From Chiloscyllium plagiosum (lineage: Eukaryota), in contig NC_057725.1 in the NCBI RefSeq assembly GCF_004010195.1, positions 32,620,786 through 32,684,785 of the forward strand: 64,000 nucleotides of DNA, in the 5' to 3' direction. Shown piece after piece: positions 41,601 to 53,600 of this stretch. Under the pieces are notes generated by a model. The model searched no databases, was not told the origin of the DNA, and saw only the letters and a program-made list of their open reading frames with translations. Every line of letters starts with the position of its first letter. Position 1 is the first letter of the stretch. The position numbers and the translations under genes were made by a program.

Positions 41601-44600
41601 CATCATGACGTCTTATTTTCCACAATAGCCTTTGATTTTTTTTACCTTACCAAATGCCTTTTGTAAATCTCAATACAATATATCAACTGGTTCCCTTTTC
41701 TCTAAAGCGCAAGATACTTCCTCAAAAAAAATTCAATAAATTAGTTAAACATTATTTCCCTTTGACAAAATCATGTTGGCTCTGCATGATTATCCAAGTG
41801 ACTTTGTAACATCTTCCTTATGACAGATATTAAGCTAACTGAGCTGTAGTTTCATAGTTACTGCCGCTCTCCCTCCTTTTTTGAATAAAGGAGTTATATT
41901 GGTGGTTTTCTAATCTGAAGGAATCGTCCCTGAATCCAATATATTTTCAAAATTAAAACCAATGCATCAACCATCTCAAAATCCCTACAGTGTAGAAGCA
42001 GCCCACTATCGAGTTCACACCAACCCTCCGAACAGCATCCCACTCTGATCCACCCCATACTCTATTCCTGTATGCCTGCAATTCCTGTGGCTAATTCACC
42101 TCGCCTATACAACCCTGGATGCTACATGACAATTTAGGATGGCCAATTTAGCATAACCTGCATATCTTTAGACTGTAGGAGGAAACCAGAGCACCCGGAG
42201 GAAACCCACACAGACACAGAGAGAATGTGCAAACTCCACACAGTCATCCAAGGCAAGAATCAAAACAAGGTCCCTGGCACTGTGAGGCAGCAGGACTAAC
42301 CACCGAGCCACTATGCAACCCGAAATACTTTACTTTTAAAACCCTTAGGATGAAATCAATCAGAACCTGGGAACTTGTCAAGTCGCAGTTCCAAAAACTT
42401 ACTCAGTACTATCTTCTGGTATCTGAAATTTTCTGGAGTTCCTCTCTCCTTTTCAATTCCTTATTTACAGCTATTTCCAGAATCTTACTCTGTGATGATC
42501 AGCGATCAAAATACCCTGTTCAATTGCCTACCATCTCTTTATCCTCCGTTCCTAATTCCCCAGATGCATTTGCTATAGGACTAAAACTTATTTTGTTAAC
42601 TCTTTTTTTAAATATCTAAAAACAAAATCCTGTTTGTAATATTGGCTAGCTTTCTCTCATGCTAATTCTTCCCTCTGTAGTAAACATTTAGTAATTTATT
42701 GTTTTGAATAATCTTTCCAAACTGCTAGCTATCTTTGCAAAATTATAGGCCTTTGCTTCGAGTTTGATTTGATTTATTAATGTCACACTGTTTCGTATTT
42801 ATCTAGATAAATTCTATGCTACATACAAACAGCAGGACAATACACTATATTCTGCTTTCTGTTCTGATGAATACAATAGCCACAGAGAAGGTGCAGAGAA
42901 AGATCAACTCTAATATATGAGGAAGTCCGTTCACAAGTCTGATAACAAAGGGGAAGACGCTGTTCTTGAATCTGTTGGTACATGTTTTAAACTTTTGTAT
43001 CCTCTGCCTGATGGAAGAGGATGGAAGAGGTCTTTGATTATGTTAGCCGCTTTCCCAAGGCATTGACCTTTTTTGGTATCCATGGAAGGAAGATTTATCC
43101 CACGGAATTTTCCTTATTTGTTGAAAAGTACATATTGTTCAATCAGTATGTTATGGCATCAGTCAGACAGCTGGCTATTCTAAACCTGGACTATCCCCGT
43201 AAATGTTTACCATTGCACCTCAATGACCCTTAATGTAAATTATCAGTTCATTTTTGCTTTCATAGGCTCATAATTGCCCTCGTTTAAACTCTCCCTCAAA
43301 CTGAACACTAAACTCAATCATGTTCTGGCCACTGCTATCCAGTGGCACTTTCACTATGAGATCAATAGTTAATCCTAACCCATTGGTCAAAACCAGGTCT
43401 AGCATAGCCTGCAGTCTTAATGATGTCATAACATACCGATCGAAGAAATTGTCTCCAAAACATTAAGTGAATTCCTCCTTTAGACTATATTTTCTTATTT
43501 GATTTTTCAAGGTTGGTAAAAATCCCCTAGGATAATTCCTGTACTGTTTTGACAACATGCCTTTGGTTCTTCCTTGAAATCCTGTCCTACTGTGTGCTTA
43601 CTGTTAATGCACGTGGACACAATACCAACAAGTGACTTTGTACCTTTATCATTCCTCATCTCTACCCAGACCGTTTCTATATCCTGGTTTTCTGAATTTA
43701 GGTCACCTATTTCTATTGTGCTAGCATCATTTGTAACAGAGCCACTCCTTTCCTAGCTTCCTGTTCTTCCCAAACATCACGTGCCTTCAATATTCAACTG
43801 CCAATCTCGAGGAGTTACATTGGAAAACAGCCAATGTGAAGGAATCTTCATTGAATCCAATGAGTTTTTGAAAATTAAAATCAATGCATCAACCATCTCA
43901 CTACCTACTTTAGTGTTCAGGTCCCAATCTAGGTCATCAATGATCTCTTATGGCCATTAGATTGTACGTATTTATCTGAATTTGTACTACTATTTCATCT
44001 CTTTTGTTTCAAATGCGAACAGCTGTTTTGGGAAAGATGTAGAGAGATTTAAATTCCAGCCCTATTTTGCAAAATTCCAGGATCTCTTTCAGACAAAGGG
44101 ATGAAAGTTACATGCCAGCGATAGGAATACATTACAATATGATAGGATGGAGGAAGTAACAGGACAGAGAGACACAGAGCAACATTCAATTGAATCATTT
44201 ACCATGATGACAGTGGACATTGGAATTATGATCAATTTGAACATTAGGGTCCACACATTCTACCTCACAGAATTGTGTCTTTTGATCAATTCATTTAAAA
44301 AAAAAACTTACTTCCATCAACATGGAGTTTGATCTTTTTATAGATAGCTTCACTGTTGGATGGATGCATCACTTTACATGTGATTTCTGCTTCATTGTCC
44401 ACAAATATGTCAGGATGAATCTCGAGAATGCTGGAAATGCTGAAAGTTCCATCATTATTTTTCTGGATACTTCCTGCCCTGACTTTCCAAACATCATCAC
44501 CAGTTTCATTCCTTTTCTCAACCTTTTCCATTTTCCTGTCCTTGTTCAAAGCAAAGCTGAATATGTTGCTGTCTTGCCATTCATCAATCAACTTCATTTC

Positions 44601-47600
44601 AGCATCATTCAACCTCTTCAAATACCAGGCAATTGTAATAACACAAGGTTGAAATCCAGAAACTTGGCAAATAAGTTCTGCAGGTTCTTGATGTATAATT
44701 TGCACAGGTTTTTGAATATCTGACATGTTTGGTGCAACTAGGAATAAAAAAAAAGTTGCATTTTTCGAGGTGATCTTTTGCACTTCCTGAAAATTCTTAC
44801 CAACTTGCCTCGATTTATTGTTATTTGTTTTAATTCTCATGGTTAAGGTTCAGCAAGATTTGCCAAAAAACATCTTAAAAATTACAATACCGGTAGATCT
44901 GTTATGGAAATACTCAGTCAGAATGGGGACTTTTGAAATTAGTAAACATTAAGTAAACTGTGGTGTACACTAACACAGGGATGAATTGCATGCACACTTA
45001 GATTCACATAATGTGGTATGGGCGGCACGGTGGCTCAGTGGTTAGCACTGCTACCTCACAGCACCAGGGTCGATTCCAGCCTCGGATGACTGTCTGTGTG
45101 GAGTTTGCACATTCTCCCCGTGTCTGTGTGGATTTGCTCCGGTTTCCTCCCACAGTCCAAAGATGTGCAGTTCAGGTGAATTGGCCATGTTAAATTGCCC
45201 ATAGTGTTAGGTGCATTAATCAGAGGGAAATGGGTCTGGGTGGGTTACTCCTCGGAGGGTCGGTGTGGAGTTGTTGGGCCGAAGTGCTTGTTTCCACACC
45301 GTAGGGAATCTAATCTAATCAATGTTTGAATTAACTGGCTATTGGAGCGTGAAGTGGTTTTTGGAAAGTGAGCAATAGCATTTTTATGAAGAACACCAAG
45401 TGCATGCAAAACATCTTCTATGGTGATTTAAGAGTTTGCAGAAAGGTGGTGATACAGTAAACAGGTGGCCATAAAAATAAATAGGCAAAGTTCAAAATAG
45501 AATTTTAAGAAAAAGCAATTAAATGTTTTCTGAAAACATATGATTTCAACAGAGTCAAGGGCAACAATGATGCAGTTCAAAATAATATTTAAAGGTTTAC
45601 AGATGAGGAGGATAAAAGAGCAACAGGAAAGAGAACGAGAGAAGGAAATTAAATAATGGCACAGAAAAGAAACTGTAAAATAAAACACAGTTATTTGTTT
45701 TTAAAAATAAGAAAGCAAGACATGACAAAAATAATTATATATCTGCACTCCAAGCATGCAGAATGGTTTCACCATGTCAAAGGATCTGCAAATCAATTTG
45801 AAATTGTGCTTTCTATTTCTGGTAATAGAGCAAATGTGGACCACACTCTGGAACATAACTCACGTTACCAGAACAGCTCAGCAGCTATAGAGACCATTCA
45901 CAACAGCAGAAAAACAGCTATATTTTGGAATTAATTATTAAAGAGCTGAAAGCAAGATCCCCACTTTCTCTTTTAAAAAGCAGAATGATTGGTACTTTTG
46001 AGGTTTCTTTCCCCCTTTAAATGTTCAAGAATCCATTGACTGTAAACTCCAGAATGTATTGGGCAATTGTTATCAGCAACACCATACAAGATCAAAGATC
46101 AAAATATAGTAAAACAGTCCAAAGGTTAGGGTAGAGTAACAGAAGTACTCTACAGCAGCAAAGAAGTAGTTGGGTGAGGAGTTAATAAAGGTAAAACAAA
46201 TATACCAAGCAGAGCACTTCTGAAACTGTCTGATTTACAGAGCATTTCGTTTTTAGCTTGCATTTTGATTAAGCACTCTTTGCTGGCAGAGTAATCACTG
46301 CTATTTAACAACAACACATAATCTGAAAACAAAAAAAAATGAAACTATAGTAAGTTTGAGATTCATTGGCTAAATCTAGGGCTTTGCTGCAAAAGCACTT
46401 TCAATAGGTTTCCTCCCAACCCATAAACAACCTGTAATTTACTCCAGGTTTATCTCCTAAAGTGTCTGAAGTAGCACACAGAACTCAGAATGTGGCTTTA
46501 CCTTTATAATAAAATCGCATATAGAAATAAGTTCCTAGTCCAAGCACAAGAATAGAAGTAATGATGCTCCCAATGATGCTTCCGATTATTGAAGCTTTGG
46601 ACAAATGAATTTCAGCTTCTGCAAAAGAGAAGTTACATATTTCTTACACTCAACTGCTTTGATAGTCCCACTTGTGTAATACTGTACAATAAAGTATAAT
46701 AGTGAAATACTTAGCACAGTCCTGGGCAAACCAATTAATAAGGACAAATAATAGGTACTAGTTTTTACACTTGTACATGTCATTGCTTTTGATCCAGTTG
46801 TATTACTTGGAAAATAGGACATTTGTAATGGAAGTGCATTTACACAAGAGTCAATGTGGGGATCAATGTTACTCATAACTTGCATTTATTTAATGTCACT
46901 GGAACAAAATCTTGGTCTGCCCTTCCTAAAGGCTTTGTAGGTCCATGTACAACAAATGGACCGCAAGGGTTCCAGAAGGCAGCTGATCATAATTTTAAGG
47001 GCAACCAGGGATGGGCAATTTAAACAAAAACTGATACTTCAGGCTGAGGAATAAGAAACTTCATATCAAAATTTACAAATACTTAAGAAAAAGAGCAAGT
47101 TTAGTTGACACTATAAACAAAAGAACGGAACAGAACATTGTATCAGAAAACCTGCAGGGCAGATAGTTAAGTGACATCAAGAAATATAATGAAGTCAATA
47201 GAAAAATAAACAGAAGTGTCACCTGCAGTTTATTTTTTAAAGAGAGTAAAGGTATGAAGGAATTCAGGAAAACAGGTGAACACATCAATGACAGCAGCAA
47301 GGGAACAAAGCATTAAATGTGTCAGGTAAAATCATGGGATTGATTTTAGACTTGGTACATTTGTTAAATGTGTACAGAAACCTGGACAGGCTGTAGGTAG
47401 AGTGAATAGTTCTGGTAGCCTGGTATAAAAAAAAACATAGAAAGTGTAAAATATGTTCACAAGCATGGTATCAGAACTGAGACCACATCGATTGAAAAAA
47501 ATTTAACTGGTTGGGGCCTCCATTTTCAAAACAACCGGATCCTTACAATTGATCTTAAAGAGGTCTTTACAATTATAAGTGGTTTGGACAAGGTAGAAAT

Positions 47601-50600
47601 GGAACAATGTTTTCAATTACAGGAGGAATTAAGACGAAGGACCATAAGTACAAGGAAGTGACTAATAAATCCAATGAGAAAATAAAGAAAATTTCTTCAG
47701 TTAAGAAAATGGTTACAACGAAGAATTCACTACCACAGTAAGTGAGACAGATACCTTTGGTGATTTTAAAAAGGTAACTAGGTAAGTACACAAGAGAAAA
47801 CCCTAAGAAAGTATATACTTTTGAGGCTGAGATAAGGCAGATGACATGGGAGAAAACTAGTGTGGTTATAAATGGGGCGGCATGGTGGCTCAGTGGTTAG
47901 CACCAGGGACCCGGCTTCAATTCCCACCTCGGGTAACTGTCTGTGTGGAGTTTGCACATTCTCCCAGTGTTTGCATGGGTTTCCTTCGGCTGCTCCGGTT
48001 TACTCAATCCAAAGATGTGCAGGTCAGGTGAACTGGCCATACTAAATTGCCAAGTCAGGGCTAAACATAGGGTAGGGGAATGGGTCTGGGTGCCTTACTC
48101 CTCGGAGGGTCGGTGTGGATTTGTTGGGCCGAAGGGCCTATTTCCATACTGTAGGAAATCTAATCTAATCATAAATGCTAATAGTATTGTTGGGCCGTAT
48201 GGCTTCATTCAATGTGCACCCAATTTCATTTTAAATTTTAAACGTGGAGTCATAGACCTACACAGGCCATTTGGCCCAAATTGGTCCATGCCAACCAAAA
48301 TGTCCATCCATGCTAACCCCATTTCCCTGCACTTGGACCATATCCTTCTAATCCTTTCCTATCCATGTATTTGTCCAAATGCTTTTTAAGTGTTGTTAAT
48401 GTTCCACTGAGCCACTTCCACTGCAGCTCATTTCATATGCATACTATCTTTTGTAAAAGAAAGTTGCTCCTCAGTTTCCCTTTAATTTTTTCCTCTCTAG
48501 CCTTAAACTGATGCCCTCTTGTCCTCAATTCCCCAAACTTGGGAAAAAGGCTTGAGTGCATTCACCCTATCCATGCCTCTCATGATCTTATACACCTCTA
48601 CAAGATGCCCCCTCAGTCTCTTATGCTCTAAAGAAAAAAAGTCCTAGCTTGTCCAACCTCGCCCTCTAACTCAGACCATTGAGTCCAGACATCATCCTTG
48701 TAAACTTCTTCTGTGCTCTTTCCAGTTTAATAACATCCTTCCTATAACAAAGTGACCAAAACAGAACACAATATTCCAAGTGTGGCCTCACCAAGGTTCT
48801 GTACAACTGCAACATAACTTCCCAACGTCTATGCTCAGTACCCTGACTGAGGAAGGCCAGTGTGCCAAAAGCCGTCTTCACTGCCTTGTCTACCTGTGAC
48901 TCCAATTTCAGAGAGCTGTGAACCTGAACTCCAAGATCTCTCTGTTCCACTATATTCCTTAAGGCCCTACCATTGACTTTCCAAAATGCAAGACCTCACA
49001 CTTATCAATGTTAAACTCAGTTTGCCATTTCTCGGCCCACTTCCCCAGCTGATCAAGGTCCTGCTGCAATTTCTGAGAACATTCCTTGCTGTCCATGATA
49101 CTGCCTATTTTAGTGTCATCAGCAAACTTACTAACCTAGACTTCTATATTCTCATCCAAATCATTGATATAGATAACAAACAGCAATTGGCCCAGTACCG
49201 ACCCCTGAGGCACTACTCTAGTCATAGGCCTTCAGTCCGACAAGTATCCTTCCACCATTACCCTTTGTTTCCTACCATCAAGCCAATTTTGTATCCAATT
49301 TTCCAACTCACCCGAATTCCACTGCGATCTAACCTTCCATGTGGAACCTTATCAAAGGCCTGACTAAAATCCGTACATACAACATCCACTACCTTGCCCT
49401 CGTCGACCTTCCTGGTCACTTTGTCAAATAACTCTAACAAATTTGTCAGGCACAATCTCCCACACACAAAGCCACACTGACTACTCCTAATCAAACCCTG
49501 TCTTTCCAAATGCATGCACATCTTATCCAGCAAAAATCTTCTCGAGTAACTTACCCACCACACACCTTCATTAAAATTTATTACAATGCATGGGAACAAT
49601 GGTCATAGGCTAATTTTCCACAAAAAATGTTTGTTAATGCAATAAATAGAAAATTAAAATCCGTTAAACAAACTACAATTAAACTTGTCCCAAGAATCCT
49701 GAAAAGTTGTCGAGTCACATGTAAGGCAAAAATATGTATTTAGTATAGAATCGGTGTCTAATGTTCGCCGAGCTGGAAATTTTTGTTGCAAACGTTTCGT
49801 CCCCTGGCTAGGTGACATCCTCAGTGCTTGGGAGCCTCCTGAGAAGTGCTTCTGTGGTGTTTCCTCCGGCATTTATAATGGCCTGTCCCTGCCGCTTCCG
49901 GTTGTCAGTTTCTGCTGTCCGCTGTAGTGGCCAGTATATTGGGTCCAGGTCGATGTGTTTGTTGATGGAGTTTGTGGATGAGTGCCATGCTTCTAGGAAT
50001 TCCCTGGCTGTTCTTTGTTTGGCTTGCCCTATAATGGTAGTGTTGTCCCAGTCAAATTCATGTTGCTTGTCGTCTGCGTGAGTGGCTACGAGGGATACCT
50101 GGTCAGGGACCGAAACGTTTGCAACAAAAACTTCCAGCCCGGCGAACAAAACCACAGCAGAAGATGAGTAAATGTTTGGAGATGCAGGAGGAGCTTACAT
50201 TGACAGGGTGGGTGATAGTGACGGGAGGATGTTACATTGTTAATGAGTCTGTCCTCGTTCCATTGTCTTTCTCTTAGGCATCTGTTGATGAAATTGCGCG
50301 GGTATCCGTTTTTGGCGAATACCTTGTACAGGTGTTCCCCTTTCTCTTTTTGCAGTTCTGGTGTGCTGCAGTGTGTTGCATTCCTCGAAGCATGGCACTC
50401 ATTCACAAACTCCATCAACAAACACATCGACCTGGACCCAATATACCGGCCACTACAGCGGACAGCTGAAACTGACAACCGGAAGCGGCAGGGGCAGGCC
50501 ACTATAAATGTCGGAGGAAACACCACAGAAGCGCATCACAGGAGGCTCCCAAGCACTGAGGATGACACCTAGACAGGAGCTACAAATCTTCACCCAAACT

Positions 50601-53600
50601 TTGAATAGGTGTCTAACTCAATAGATGGAACACAAGTAACAAAGACTGTCTCCAGTTGCATTCCTGCAAGCCAAACTGCACGCAAGTCAGAACACAATGC
50701 ACGTCAACTGAAAGCAGCTGTTTGTTATAGGAAGTGTTCATATGTCAGGTTTTTAAAATTATAATCAAGTGTCAGATGGCACTTCTAAATATGAGCTTTC
50801 TAAGTCAGGGAATACCTGTACTTAAAAATGAACATTTGAAAAACATTGACATATGCAAAAATTCAGTTATTACTCGCAATACACATGTAATCTAATTCAG
50901 TCACATTTATATAGAAGTTAATCGAGTATTATATCAAGTTGAAATGCTTTGTAAAAATAAATTTTAAGAACACAAGTTAAAATTTCACTAGCCTGCCCGT
51001 ATCAAACAAATCCATTCCAAAAGTGTCATCTTTGATTGTGTCCCCAAGAAATTATAACTGCAGTTCTTTGGTTAATATTAAAATGCTTTTCAATATGAAT
51101 TTAACCAAAATGCTATAGACTTAGTATTTAATAAAGAAAAGCTAAATTTATTGCAACTCACCTTTCAAAGTCACCAAAGCTTCCACCTGGTGTGGTTTTG
51201 TAAAAGACTTGTGAGAGACACGGCACGTGAAAGTGCTGCCAATATCTTCTACTCCAGGCTGTAATCTAACTTCAGTGGTTATGTTGCATGTTCCATCAGG
51301 GTTTTTGACTGGCGGGGCAGTGCAAATATCAGTCAACACGTTTGGCTTTCCTTCTGCTGGCGTTGTCTGCAGCCATTCCGTATTGCTTTCGCAAGGATAA
51401 TACCCACTTAACTGACAACCCAAGGCCATCTCTCCACCTGTTCCAACTTCCACAACTTTTTCTGAAGTCACGATTACTGTAGGCCGGGCTACCAAAATAA
51501 GGAGGTATGTTAGTCTCAACAATAACTGCATGTGTACTTCAAAAGTAATGCATTGATTGGATCTATGCAAGGTAAATAAATAGCAGAGCCATTATTAAAT
51601 AAATATATCTCAATTAACAATCATCAGTAAAGAGAACAGTGCCAGAAAATTGGAGTCGAGAATGTGGTGCTGGAAAAGCACAGGAGGTCAGGCAGTAGCC
51701 AAGGAGCAGAAGAATCGATGTTTCAGGCTTGTGCGCTTCATCAGGAAGGGCTTATGCCCAAAATATGGATTCTCCTGCTCCTCAGATTTTGCCTGACCTG
51801 CTGTGCTTTTCCAGCACCACACTGTCGACTCTACTCCAGCATCTGCAGTCCTCACTTTCTCCCAGAGAACTGGAGGACAATTAATATGATTTTCATTTTA
51901 GAAAGGAAGTTGCATAGGTGACTGAGTAGATAATAGAATAGAACACATAAATATAGGGGTTAGGACAGACAAATGGTGGGAAGTGACATTCCTCAAAGAT
52001 TGGTGCTGGGATCATTGTTGTTTATGATTTAAATTAGCAATTTGTAGTTCTGGTTCCAGAATATAATTTTGAAATTAAAAAAAAAACACAGTGCAAACAA
52101 CAGAAAATGAAGGACCTGTCTAAAAAATATGATGTTAATGAACTTGCACCCAAATTAACACATTGGAAATGAATTCAGATGAGCATGAAATTGCATTTTA
52201 ATAAGAACATAGAGCCCTGATATTGGCGAGATAAAGTCAAAGTGGGATAGTGGAGAAAGAAAGTAATCAAGACAACAAGACCACAGAATATAATTTTGAA
52301 ATTTAAAAAAAACACAGTGCAAACAACAGAAAATGAAGGACATGTCTAAAAAATATGATGTTAATGAACTTGCACCCAAATTAACACATTGGAAATGGAT
52401 TCAGATGAGCATGAAATTGCATTTTAATAAGAACATAGAGCCCTGATATTGGCGAGATAAAGTCAAAGTGGGATAGTGGAGAAAGAAAGTAATCAAGACA
52501 ACAAGACCAAATCTCAAGCACTGAGATGCATTTCTAGAAATTTTGAATTGTAAAAGTATTTAATTTCCATATTAATCTGACATGATCTAATTTCAAGTAA
52601 TGTGTCCATTTCTGGTTTCCACATTATAAAAACAGATTTGTTCACAAGGATAATACTGCAACTGAGAAGTTATAACCACTAGGAAAGACCTAACAAACCT
52701 TTGTTCTCCCCTAGAAATGTGAAGGCTGAGTGTGATGTGATAAGGGTCAACATAACAAAATGTTGCACGTGGTATTGTTCAAGGTCATCATTCAGATGAG
52801 ACAATAAACCAATCCAAGTCAATGGGTTATTTCAAAGACATGCAATGGGACTTAGGTACTGTATGGCTTGTTGAAAAATTAAGAAAACTTGTTATTAATT
52901 CTAACCATTCTACTAGCTGTGGTGTGTCAGAAGGAACAGATAATCCTGGCATGCAAGTGAAAGTGAAGAAAAATTTCTCAAAGCCCCTTCACCTCTGCTA
53001 GGATGAAGCTGCTAAAATGCTTTTCAAACTTTAATTTTAATGCTATATTCTTAATCACAGATTGTATTGTTATCTTCACTGAAATACTTTATTTCCCCAA
53101 AACTCAAGTACTTTATTGAATCTGCTACTTTTATTTCATTTGGTAAATGCCAATTTACAGGGCATCATGCAAATAAACTTGCAATACATGATTGACAATT
53201 GACAGTGCAGATAGCAACTTTTAACTATATACATTTTAAATATATTAAACTGATAGCATTGTACAGGCATCCCCCGCTATCAGAAAATAAAGCATTCCCA
53301 GGAAACCTTTCATAAGCCAAAAATGGCAAAAAGATGCATGATTTATATGGGAAACATTTTGCTGTTTTTTGTAAAAGCGAAAATCCTCTTTGGATTCGCA
53401 AAAAACAGGTACTAGTGTAGGTCATTTGTAAAAGTGAAGTGGTGTAAAGCAAATATTTGAAAAGCAGACGATACCTGTATTGTATTGGAATGTAGAATGA
53501 CTTACAACAAACAAATCTTCTTACCTAAAACCTCAAGTGTTACCGTCTTAGCGGCTTTATCATTTGGTGGAATATAAATTTCACATTGGTACTGTCCAGC

